Source: Phoronis australis (taxonomy: Eukaryota; Animalia; Phoronida). From it: a stretch of 61,066 nt of DNA. The stretch is taken from the NCBI GenBank assembly GCA_002633005.1, contig NMRA01000517.1:248214-309279 (forward strand). The letters run 5' to 3'. The position numbers and the translations under genes were made by a program. Positions 39,801 through 51,800 of the stretch are shown one piece after another. The first letter of the stretch is position 1. Every line of letters begins with the position of its first letter. Below the pieces are notes generated by a model. It made no database searches. It was not told the DNA's origin and saw only the letters and a program-made list of their open reading frames with translations.

Positions 39801-42800
39801 CAATACTTATATAAAACTGAAACTAAGTCTGTCTCATTAGATGCAATTTGTAATGACTTTGGAGTGTCTGTGAGTGCAAATGATTTGAGAAGCCAGCAAT
39901 GAATAAATCACTGCGTTTCCGGCTTCGGGTGCAATAAAACTAATTGACGGGACACCTAGGCCGTGTGAGCTCATGCTAATTTAGTGTTTGCTGGCAGAAA
40001 CTATTGTGAAACAACTCGATTTCCATCCCACGGTCAGGTGTTAGGAGAATCTTTATTTACATTTACATTACTCAAGTAATGATTGTCAATGTACAACTTC
40101 TGCCCTGACGGTGCTGTGGCCCAAAGCCGGAACCTGAATTCGCGGCCCCCGACGCGAGTAAGTAGATTTGCAGTTTCGTGGCTAATTCACCAACATAATC
40201 AGGTGCACATTACTTTGGCTCACTAGTATAGTATTTTCTTGACTGGAAGTTTAGTTTCCACTGAACTTTGGCTGGTTCATGTTCGTGATGTCTGATCAGT
40301 TTCCGAGCCACTGGCGGGGAGTCAATCCGGCCGGCCACGACGGGCCTGATCGGGCTCCAAACCACTGGCCAGGATAACAAGCGTTTTGTGTTTAGAACTC
40401 AAAAATCACAAGTCTAAACAACACAGACCTAGGTTCTCCTGTCTGTATCTCACGGAAAATACTTCGAAATTATCTCCAAACAGACCCAGATCCTGCTACG
40501 GACGTTATTGGTCTGCCGAACTTTGTAGGCTACGGTGTGTCCAAATACCAATAAATCCGTAAGAGCGAAATAAAACGACACGTTTTTATAAGAACTCGTT
40601 GTATTTTTAAGATCTTTATATCGAAGTTTGATGATTTATTTGGTGTTTAACGATGACTTCAAGCGATAAACTGACACCAGTAACCCGTCTTGTGAACTGC
40701 TGAACACACTGCGTGTGAAACCAATGACGTCATTGGATAATTTCAACACCTCCGTCTGCCGTCAGGTGTCAGGTAACGCAACCTTACGTGTCGTTGTGGA
40801 GTAGAACTACTCGATCTAAATTGATACCAATGAGGTTGTTTTTTGGGTGGCATGCTCCTTTAAACCAAGTGGACACGTGGAGGTGACAAACCAAGTGAAA
40901 ACATGTAGGTGACAAATCAAGTGAACACGTGGGTGTGACAAACCAAGTGGACACGTACAGATGCTAAACCACGTGGACACGTAGAGATGACTAACCACTG
41001 GACACGTAGAGATGACAAACCAAGTGGACACGTAGAGATGACAAACCAAGTGAATTAGTAGAGATGACAAACCAAGTGAACACATGAATGTGACAAACCA
41101 AGTGAACAGGTGGAGGTGAAAAACTATGAAATAAGTATTTTTCTGGGCTTAGAAATGTGCTTATTCTACGCGTACTCTTGCTTAGTTTACGCGTACAATT
41201 CAACATTTCTTCAAGTCCAATCAAGCTCGTGCTCTCAAATAAATTGATCAAGAGCATAACATGGTCGTTTAAGAACTTAAAGTACTCGCAAATTAAGCAC
41301 GCGTAGATTTAGCACAAGTACACGTATATTAAGAAAAAGTGCTCATAGATTAAATGGTTGTACGTGTAGATTAAAGGAGAGGGCAACTTTTTTCATGTCC
41401 TTTTTTAGTAAAAATACGGTTCGTTGATAATCCCAGACATTCGTTTCGCTTGATAACGGCTTCCTGTAATTTTACTAAAATAGACCTGAACTGCATGTTT
41501 CAGCATTTGAATATGAATTTTGATAGCATAAAGTTTGGCATCCACAAATTCCTAAGTAGTACTCAGTATTTTTATTTTTACTTTGAAAAGTAAAAAAATT
41601 ATTAGTTCCGTAAAGCCCCACTGCAAGCGCTGTTTTTCGTGACGTCACTGAGGCTGTACAGCACAAAGAGATATAGGTCATTAGCCGTGCGAGTACGTAG
41701 TCCAGTCGACTTGTGCATACTCACAACATTTTTCGTTTTTCTTTCCTGTGACTTCCATTCATTCCAGGGCCTAGCCAGCCAGATAGCTGTATAAAGACTA
41801 TCTTCAATACAACTAGGTACCAGTAGCACTGTGTGCTGGACCCCGAAATTTCACATAGCCCGGGTAGTTCTACTCGTCACCTCGTCGCGAAACTTATATC
41901 AACATGTAGAGCTCTAAACTGGCAGGGGAGCATGCAAATATCTGGGTGTCAACCGACACTCACCTTGGTCGCTGGAGCCATTTAAGTGAAAAACATTCTA
42001 GTAAACGTTAATTTATTTCATAATTTTCAGCCTTTTGTAACAAAGAAAACAGTACGCTCAACACACGCTATTTCCTAAAATTTTGCGACATCTGCCGGTA
42101 AATGATGACAGCTTTGCAGGAGCAAAAATTTTTATGAAATTCGGTTTAATGGTATTAAAATACTAAAAACTTGTAAGGAAATGAAATCAGCTCTAGTAAT
42201 TTGTTGTTTCATGTACACAATTTCGAAGAACAGTTTGATCGCTTGTTATACTTGGAAGAACAACTCAGGAACGAAACTGACCAATAAGGCAACAGGAGAA
42301 GTGCATTTTTGAAGCGACAAGCCTCGCGAGCTGTGGCCTTTACAGTAACTGGATGCGCTTCATCTACTGTCACCCGTGGCCCCAAACGTGCCCCCAGAGC
42401 GTGCAATTCCGGGAACTAGCAGTAATTCGCCCTGTGCTGGTGTTGTCTCCAGCCCAGAGCTTGGAAGAAGCCCTGCAGCGATGTGGAGTAGTGGGAGTCA
42501 ATACACGCCAAAGTCGACACCCATTGGAGAGGACAGTTCGTCGTAAAGTGGTCAGACTGGTGAATCAAACTTTGATTAGTTTATTGTGGACGTGACTAAA
42601 GCATTGGAGCTATTTAAAAGGTGCCAAGTGTGTGGCGAGAGAGTTATACGGCTAGATGTAAGCGGTTTGTTTGCTCAAGTCACCATCCAGTGTTAACAGT
42701 ATAGGCATTCTACTGAGGTTGGCATAATTGTGCACCCCTTGCATTTGCACCAAGACGTCCCATCAGTCTATGCCTCATCCTTTCCAACAGCTGTCTGTAC

Positions 42801-45800
42801 TCTACCTCACTATAATCGGGCTCAAAACATAAATTCACCGACTGCTACAACAAACTAAAAGATTTCTAAATCCAACGTTCTCTAACAGCCTAGCTTCTGG
42901 CAGAGTTCTCGTCGATGGGAAGTGGTGACGACAATTTTAGGAGACAAGCACAAAAACAGCAGTAGAACAGATTCTCACAGTAACTCGAACGCACTAGAAA
43001 CGAAATAGCGGGAAATTCTTAAACCCTGAATGTCATTTCCGGAGTACTGCACAACTAATTGCTAAAATTACGAAGAGCCGTGATTAACTGAAGAATATGT
43101 CTGGGATAATCAACGGAACGTATTTTCTCTAAAATGACACGAAAAAAAGGTTGCCTTCCCCTTTAAGCAAAAGCACGCATAGAGTAATGACATTTCTACG
43201 CGCAAAAAGGTGCTTGGTTAAGAACCCCTTGGTACTTCATAACAAACCAGTTAGATACGTGGAGGTGACAAACCAAGTGATTACGTAGAAATGACAACAA
43301 TGAACTCGAGCATGGGTCAAAGAAAGTGAGCTCGTGGTTGTGACTCGGTGTTATTTACAAGAGTACTGGTAAATGGTCTGAGATGTGAGCACATATTCAA
43401 TTACGTCCCGGAAACTAATTGGCAAACTAACCTGTAAATACTCATAATATCATATTATTCAGCCGATACCAGCTTCGCACGTTAAAGGAGCATGACACCC
43501 CAAAAACAACCTAATTTGTATCAATTTAGATCGAGTAGTTCTACTCCATAACGACACGTACGGTTGCGTTACCCGACACCTGACGGCAGACGGAGGTGTT
43601 GAAATTGTCCAACGACGTCATCGGTTTCGCACTCAGTCTGTTCAGCAGTTCACAACACGGGTTACTGGTGTCAGCTTATCGCTTGAAGTCATCGTTTAAC
43701 ACCAATAAATCATCAAACTTTGATGTAAAACCCTTAAAAACACACCGTGTTCTTATAAAAACGTGTTGTTTTATTTCGCTCTTACGGATTTATTGGTATT
43801 TGGACACACCGTAGCCTACAATGTTCAGCAGGCCAATAAGGTCCGTAGCAGGAGTTTGGGGTCGGACTAGATAATTTCGAAGTATTTTCCGTGAGATACA
43901 GACAGGAGAACCTAGATCTGTGTTGTTTAGACTTGTGATTTTTTGAGTTCTAAACACCAAACGCTTGTTAGCCTGGCCAGTGGCTCGGAGCACGATCAGG
44001 CCCGTCGCGGCCGGTCGGATTGACTCGTAAGTTATCCCCGCCAGTGGCTCAGAAACTGATCAGACATCACGAACATGAACCAGCCAAAGTTCAGTGGAAA
44101 CTAAACTTCGAGTCAAGAAAATACTATACTAGTGAGCCAAAGTAATGTGCACCTGATTATGTTGGTGAATTAGCCACGAAACTGCAAATCTACTTACTCG
44201 TCGGGGGCCGCTTTGGCCACAGCACCGTCAGGGCAGAAGTTGTACATTGACAATCATTATTTGAGTAATGTAAATGTAAATAAAGATTCCCCTAACACCT
44301 GGCCTTGGGATGGAAATTAAGTTGTTTAACAATAGTTTCTGCCAGCAAACACTAAATTAGCATGAGCTCACACGGACTAGGTGTCCCGTCAATTAGTTTT
44401 ATTGCACCTAAAGCCGATAACGCAGTGATTTATTCATTGCTGGCTTCTCAAATCATTTGCACTCACGAACACTCCAAAGGGATTACAAATTGCATCTAAT
44501 GAGACAGACTATATTTCAGTTTTATATAAGTATTGGTTAGGGTGAGAATAATTCATTTTGAAACAGAACGCTCAGCAATAAACGCCAACATGGCAACTCG
44601 CAATCCCGACTTAGGACGAGCTAGAGCTCATCAGTCCCGAATTCGCAGGTGGATCGTTAAGTTTTACAGGCTATCAATTCGAACAGGAATACAGTGATGA
44701 AGAAATACTAGAGAGGCGCCGTGAACAAGCTCAGACAACGGAACGTATGAAGTTATTTGGTAAGCCGGCATTCGTCACTAGGCACGGTCGACGTCTGCAG
44801 GCCACAGATACGGAGATGTTTCACGGCCTCATACTTGCTATTTACAGCGTACATTTCATTCTTCACTACCATGAGCCACTTCCTAAGCATTTCAGACTCT
44901 CGGGGAAGTAAAAAAACGTTATACACGCTTTCCTCGCAGCTGCTTAGTTCTGACAAGCGATAACGATGCACCGTAACATAGCGGCATTCAATCTGCATAT
45001 GAACCACTGACGTCGCTAGCGTCGTTTCTCACCTTCCTCACAGGTTAACGCGACACCTCTTGGCAAGGCAAGGTCGATCGTATGCGAGGCGATGTGGATG
45101 TAGACCGATTAAGACGGCAAAAAAGACTAATTAAATCGGGTGGCATTCTCCTTTAAGCCTGCTTAATGGAGTTGATTGTTTCTAGGGTTACGGATGGTGC
45201 ACTATGGAGAAGCTTAAAGTCAACGACAAGGGTGAGATGATATCTAATGGACCCGCAAACTACAAGATTCCTACCGTTGGCCAAGTACCACGCGAGTTCA
45301 ACGTCACCTTACTTAAAGTTGCTCCGTACACGACGACAGTGTATTCTTCAAAGGTATGAATTGATGTAAGCTTCAAAGCATTTCATTTTCTATGGCGAGA
45401 GTTTCCTACCACAAAACACAATATTTTCCCGCACCATTGTGTCTCTAAGGTATTCTCCGCCGTGGCTGATTTATACTACTTGATAAGTATCTCACGATCC
45501 ATTGCTAGTAACGTGTTAATGCTGGGGTTATCAAGTGCTAGTCCAGTGTAGTCTGTCATCCACAAAAAATGTGCTTGGGCACATCATAATAGACAACTAT
45601 CTTGACTTTGCACAAAATTATATTATCCATTATTATGTCCTCCAAGCTGCCCACACCGTGTTCCTCTTGTCATCGGTAATTTGGTCCTTCAAACCACCCA
45701 CATCGTGTTCGTTTTGATAGTCATATCTTGGTCGCCCACGCAATCCACGCCATGTACTTTTTGTCATCAGCAATTTTGTCGTCCAAGCCACCCACATCGT

Positions 45801-48800
45801 GTTCTTTTGACAGTCATAGCTTGGTCTCCCACGCAATCCACGCCATGTACTTTTTGTCATCCATAATTTGGTCCTCAAAGACACCCACATTCATTTCTTT
45901 TTGTCATCCGTAAATTGGTCTTTCAAGCTACTCACGTCGTCTTCTTGCCATTTATGATTTGGTGCTACAAGCCACTCACTTCGTGTTCTTTTGTCATCCG
46001 TAATTTAGTCCTCCAAACCACCCATGTGTTCTTTTTGTTATCGGTAATTTGGTCCTCCAAGCCACCCGCATTGTGTTCTTTTTGTCATCAAAAACTTGGT
46101 CCTCCAAACCACCCACATCGTGTTTTTATGGTCCGCAATTTGGTCCACCAAGCCACCCACATCGTGTTGCTTTTCTCATCTGTAATTTGGTCCTCCAAGC
46201 TACCCACATGGTGTTCTTTTTGTCGTCTGTAATTTGGTCATCCAAACCACCCACAGAGTGTCATTTACCATGGCGCCAACTGCAAGTGGTTGCAACAAAA
46301 CGCCTGAAACAGACCGATCCTGAAATTGCTCATTATTTACCCATAATGCAAAACACTTGTAAAGCAGACGACCAGTTATTCAATTTGATTTTTAACCGCT
46401 AAAAGGGTAACGTTTAATTGAGGATGAGGCCTGTTGCACAAACGATCACAGTATGTCGGCGGCTGAAATTAATCGCCATGACAACCAAACTTACTGAATC
46501 TGTTCTGAAGCAGAACGAAGTTGCCAGATTTTCTCTCGAAATAAGAACGCTTTCACGGACTTATCCATGCATGGTACATGTGTGGGGACACACATTGCGC
46601 ATCGTTGGTGCTGAATTTTCAACGTCTCTCATTACCATAGCAACACACCTGCCAACCTACTGCAACACATGTCGACCTACTACAACACACCTGCCCATCT
46701 ACTGTAACACACCTAATGACGTACAGCAACACACCTGCCCATCTACTGTAACACACCTAATGACGTACTGCAACACACCTGCCGATCTACTACAACACAC
46801 TTGCCGATCTATTGTAACACACCTGCCGACCTACTGCAACACATCTGATGACGTACTACAACACACCTGCCAATCTTCTGTAACACACCTGCCGACCTAC
46901 TGCAACACACCTGTTGACTTACTGCAACACACCTGCCGATCTACTGTAAGACACCTGATGACGTACTACAATACACCTGACGTCCTTCTGCAATACACTT
47001 GATGTCCTACTGTAACATACCTTCTAACCTACTGCAACCCAGGTTCCATGTCATCAGTGCAATGGACCCACATGCGCGGCCTGTTACAACGTGTATCAGA
47101 CAGCCTGCAATGGGGCTATCCCATGACAGCGTTTTCCCGTTCAGCGACTTTACCAGACGAGGGGGGTTGTGAGCATGTGATAACTGCCAAGAACAGTCTT
47201 TTGTGTGCTATGACAACAGGCTGGCCAATTATCTATCAGGCTAATTACAGACCACGTGTGAACACCGTCAATCCCTGAGTGAATTGATACATTCAAAAAG
47301 AATAGATTATCGTAACTTCGATTGCAGTTGGGCGATTTTGACGAATCAAAAACTAAACATGATCACCATTTGACGAGGAGTTCAGAAATGCAATTGGTTT
47401 GTGGTCAAATATGTTATAACTTTTATTTTTAACAGCACAGCCCAGTCAGGCTAGATGCAATCTTATTGAAGATTAGAGCAATTATCGAACAAAAGAGAGC
47501 TGGCCCTCCAACCACGAATACCAGAATGGAGTTAATTAGTCGTGTAAGACATTGGCTACAGGAGTAAACTTCCCACCTTGTTGTTGGGCTATTGAATCGA
47601 ACAAGTTGGGTGCAACGGGAAAATGCCGTAATGCAACAATTTTTACCATACTAGAGGGCGCGCGTGTACTAGTGGTGATAGATTAAGCAGCCTCGATTTC
47701 ACGAGCCCTTTAATACATCGTGAAATAGCTTGCAGCCGTGCCAACTGAATCTGAGATTGCGTGAAAAGGGTGCTTCTACGAGAGGGAGTGAACTAAACAT
47801 GACCTTATAGAAAGGTAAGGTTTTAATTATTTTCACCGATTATTCTATGTTTACAATTCTAAGATGCTTGTTAACTGTGGTACTGGCCGATGTCGACTTC
47901 GCGGCAATCGCCAGTCGGATTAATCATTATTGTTATGTGTGTTACGATACTTGACGTAGCACTCGGGATCCTTTCGTAAGTCAAAACAGTATTATTATTA
48001 TTGATAATTGTAATATTACAATCCAACCCCAAAGAGTTCTTGACAAATTTGTTTACTCTCAATCCTATGTCTTCCGGAAGTCTATTACACGTTGACATGG
48101 AAACATATCGTGTCTGTTTTCATCTGACCTTTGTTTTTCAGGCTACTACCATGCAGAGGAGAATCGCTGCTGCAACCGTTCCTGCATGGACAGAAATTGG
48201 TTTTAGATAACTGCAGCTAACCAGCAAGATCTTCCTATCCAGTCCAGATATGTTGTCAAAGCCTACTTTCTATTACTCGAAATAAAGAACAAAGCCTTTG
48301 AAAAGGGACAGCTATTTTCAAAAGAAAGGTATGTAAGTTGTTTTGTTACTTTACATGTTCTGGCCCTTAGCAGAAGGCTGGCATAGGGGTTTGGGGTTGT
48401 AAAATTTGGTGCAACTGAATGTGTGGAAATAACAGGTAATAGTGTCTGGGGGAAAGAGCATGGTGATTTAATTGTTAACCTTCATGGAGTTCTTTCACAT
48501 TTCATGAAACTGTTTTGCTATCCATTGTAAACCAATAAAATATGTTACATTTTCTGAATTTTCAATGACTGAACAGTCTTACGCCATGCCTTGAAATGTC
48601 ATTTAAAAATTCACATGACTGCCGTTTTTTGTGAAATTTCATTTTTGCTGTGAACATACGAGTGAGGCCGTATTTGAACATATTATTCTTACTGCCAATA
48701 CGCAAGCAATGGTGTCTTAAGGATTTTAAATTACTCTTAAACAACAGAAAGATTATCCATCATTTTAAAATTTTTAAATCACCCAAGTCTTCATATCTTC

Positions 48801-51800
48801 TATTGGAAGAAAAATATAAAATGTGAGAAACGGTTCCCGCAGCCTTAGACCATAAGTGTACTTGACAGACCCATGAAACTGTAACCCGTGTTTAAAATTG
48901 CAAACATCAAATGTCCTGAAAATGGGTGACAAAGGTTTGCCGCACTATTGAAGTAGTCTCAAATAACTTGCATATTTTGCAGACAAGTGATGTGTTTAAA
49001 AAATTGTTATGGCTAGGAATGAAAAATAAAGACGAAGTTTTATACATTACTAATCATATGCAACCTTGCTTTCTGGAAATGATAAAAAATTAATTTTGTG
49101 TGAAATTGTAGAGCAGTTAGTAGTTATCATATCGTATTTTTTGAAAAACAGGGCAGCATTTTTTAGGCAACCTGAAGTATTTAAATATTCGTGTTTTAAT
49201 ATTTGTTCCAGGCTCAGCGACATTTTAAGGCCATTTCAAGCGGCAACATAGAAAAGCTGTGTTACCCGCTTTTCTTCCGATAGCATGTCTACACACCAGC
49301 AATGCTGCATAGCACAATGTACTAGACACTGGCCCTGGAGAAATGTGTACAAAGTTACCATGAGGAAATGTGCCGTGTGTGAAGGGGCACTATATCTGAG
49401 TGCTACACCAGTCTGCCTCGTTGAGGACGCCACTGATGGGATAAAATTCTCTTTCATAGGCAAGGAGTCATGTGTGAACAACAATGGCTTATTTCCTTTC
49501 CTGGAAGAAACATGAGGGACTGAAGCTAAAGAAGACCTATTAACACTCTGGTCTTGTTCAGCGTCAGATTTTGGGTCTCAAGCGAGTCAAGTGATATGCT
49601 GTTGTTTACGGCCTTCAAGGATCTAATTTAGGATGTTATTGAGGCTAAATGAGGTTCCATTATGTTATTGAGGCTGAATGAGGTTACATTAAGGGAAGCC
49701 ACGTGCCAAAACCGGATGTTTTTTACAAGCGCTTCTGTAGACCGTTCGTAGCTAAGGCGGTTGAAAGTAGATCCCAGTAAAATGATAACCAAAAGCATCT
49801 TGTACACCTGGCATTTTCCTTTCAGAAGAAAGACTTTATAGTAATGGTAACAACTTTTCAGTTTGGTACACATTATGCGGAAATGACGTTCAGTGATTGC
49901 ATTGGTTGTCTTATTGTCTGAGGAAAACCGTAAATGTTATACTTTGATGATCGGATAAATTTTTCACCAACAGGCAAATTTGTCACTTCTTCAGTTTTAA
50001 AGCCCTATACAGTGCTGTTGTGCTGTTTTTATGAGCTGAAATGATTACCGATTACGTTTGCGAATTGTCATTTTCCTGTTTACCTATAGAAATGTCCAGC
50101 GATCAAAACGAATACCTTTTTACATTTGATTTGTTCATGTGTGTAATTATTTTTAGAGAACTCTTAAGAAGGCCTTTGAACATTTTAAAGTTTTGTGTTA
50201 ACTTGTCTATAACAAAAGTTCCACATGCAAGCAAAGCATGTTTTCAGTCCTAGCCAGCTGGATACAAATCTGCTATGCACAAGATTCGAGAATAAACAAC
50301 AATCAGTGTATTTAAAAACAAAACGGCAAAGTGAACAAACATGCATAAAAAAGGACCAACACTGAAAAAAAAAAACAATTGTAATTTTCCCAATGCAAAA
50401 GATTCCATAATCAGGGATATCAAGGGCTGACTTTTTGAATTGAGGCGTTCAATTCTCTCGGGTTATTGCTGCTTTTCACTTTGTCGAAAGGTTAAATATA
50501 CGGTAAGGCAGCTGGTTTCAGTCGTTTTCTGTCACCTGTAACAGAATAGTCAGAGCAATATCAGCAAGTTATAAAAGAAAACAAGACAAAACTACTTTTG
50601 TAAGGCAAAACATGCACTTGACATTTCATCGTCGTGTTTTTATGTAGAAACTAATAATCCTTTTACCCAAGCCTTATTTAAGATCTGAATTAATATATGT
50701 GAAACAGGCTAAAAGTGATTCAAGAATGTGTATTTTTCATGACACTTAAAATATATTTATAGGGTATCGGGGAGCCGCCACTCCATCTGGGTATATCTGT
50801 GTTCTTTGCTATCAAAAACGCCATATCCGCGGCACGTGGTGACGCCGGCATGCCGCCAAATGACTTCTGTCTGAACCACCCTGCTACCGTAGAGGAAATA
50901 AGAATGGCATGTCCAGACAAGTTTATAAAACAGGTAACATACCTTGAGTACCGTTTGGCAATACACTGTGTACAAAGTTTAAAGTCCGGCATATGCAGGC
51001 ATTTTAAAAAAAGGCTTTTAAGTCGGAAGGCTCACAAGTCCGACAAAAAGTAAGGGAGTTCGTTAGTCTGAAATTAGTCTGGAGATTCACAAGTCCGGAG
51101 GTCGATAAGTTCAAAAACTATTTAAACGAGTCGTCGACAGCGGAGTAGCTGAAATTTGTCGATGGGCACTGAAAATGTAAAACTTCAACCATTACGATTA
51201 TGAAAACATATTGTTCATTATGCGGAGCATTTCAGGAGACATTTGTTTAATTATCAACTGTTTGTTTGAAGTATCTTCCTCGGGAGCCTATTGCCAAGAA
51301 ATGTTTGGCAACATGCGGGTGGAAGCTCTCACTTTCAACATTCATTTACGCCAGCGCAATCGCCTAAATGAGCTCTGCTCACCGTACAAAGCTGTGCGGC
51401 GATTTCATTTACCTGGTGAGACTGAGTTGAGTCCTCATGGTATGCGATCTAGCTGAGGTAAATGCAGACGATTGCCTTCGATTGACAATTAATACGAATG
51501 CCATTAACTGGCAACAACAAATCACTCGCTGGCTCACTGTAACCGTGTGTACGACTGTTGTATTTACGTTGGTAATTACAAGTTAGTGAGCATGTTTTGT
51601 TGCTGTGTGCGGTTGACAATGCCTTGAGGTAAAGTTCAATAAAGGCAGGCAGCTGCGCTTGTTATTCTTCGCCTTATTAACGCCAATGGTTCAGACATCA
51701 ACCTGTAGACTTACGCGAGGACCCGAAGAGTTATTTGGAACATGCGTCTTGAGACAGGAATTCGAACAGTGGCTTAGAAAAATCAACTTGTAACTTCTGA

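Noticed and set aside
46418-47002. 194-aa Cys/His/Thr-rich ORF
   Set aside because: Produced by the 22-bp minisatellite; no domain signature or splice support.
724-50933. XDH-like gene as a pseudogene because of its divergence
   Set aside because: All 22 exons have canonical splice sites, consistent phases and no stops, and the catalytic Glu is retained.
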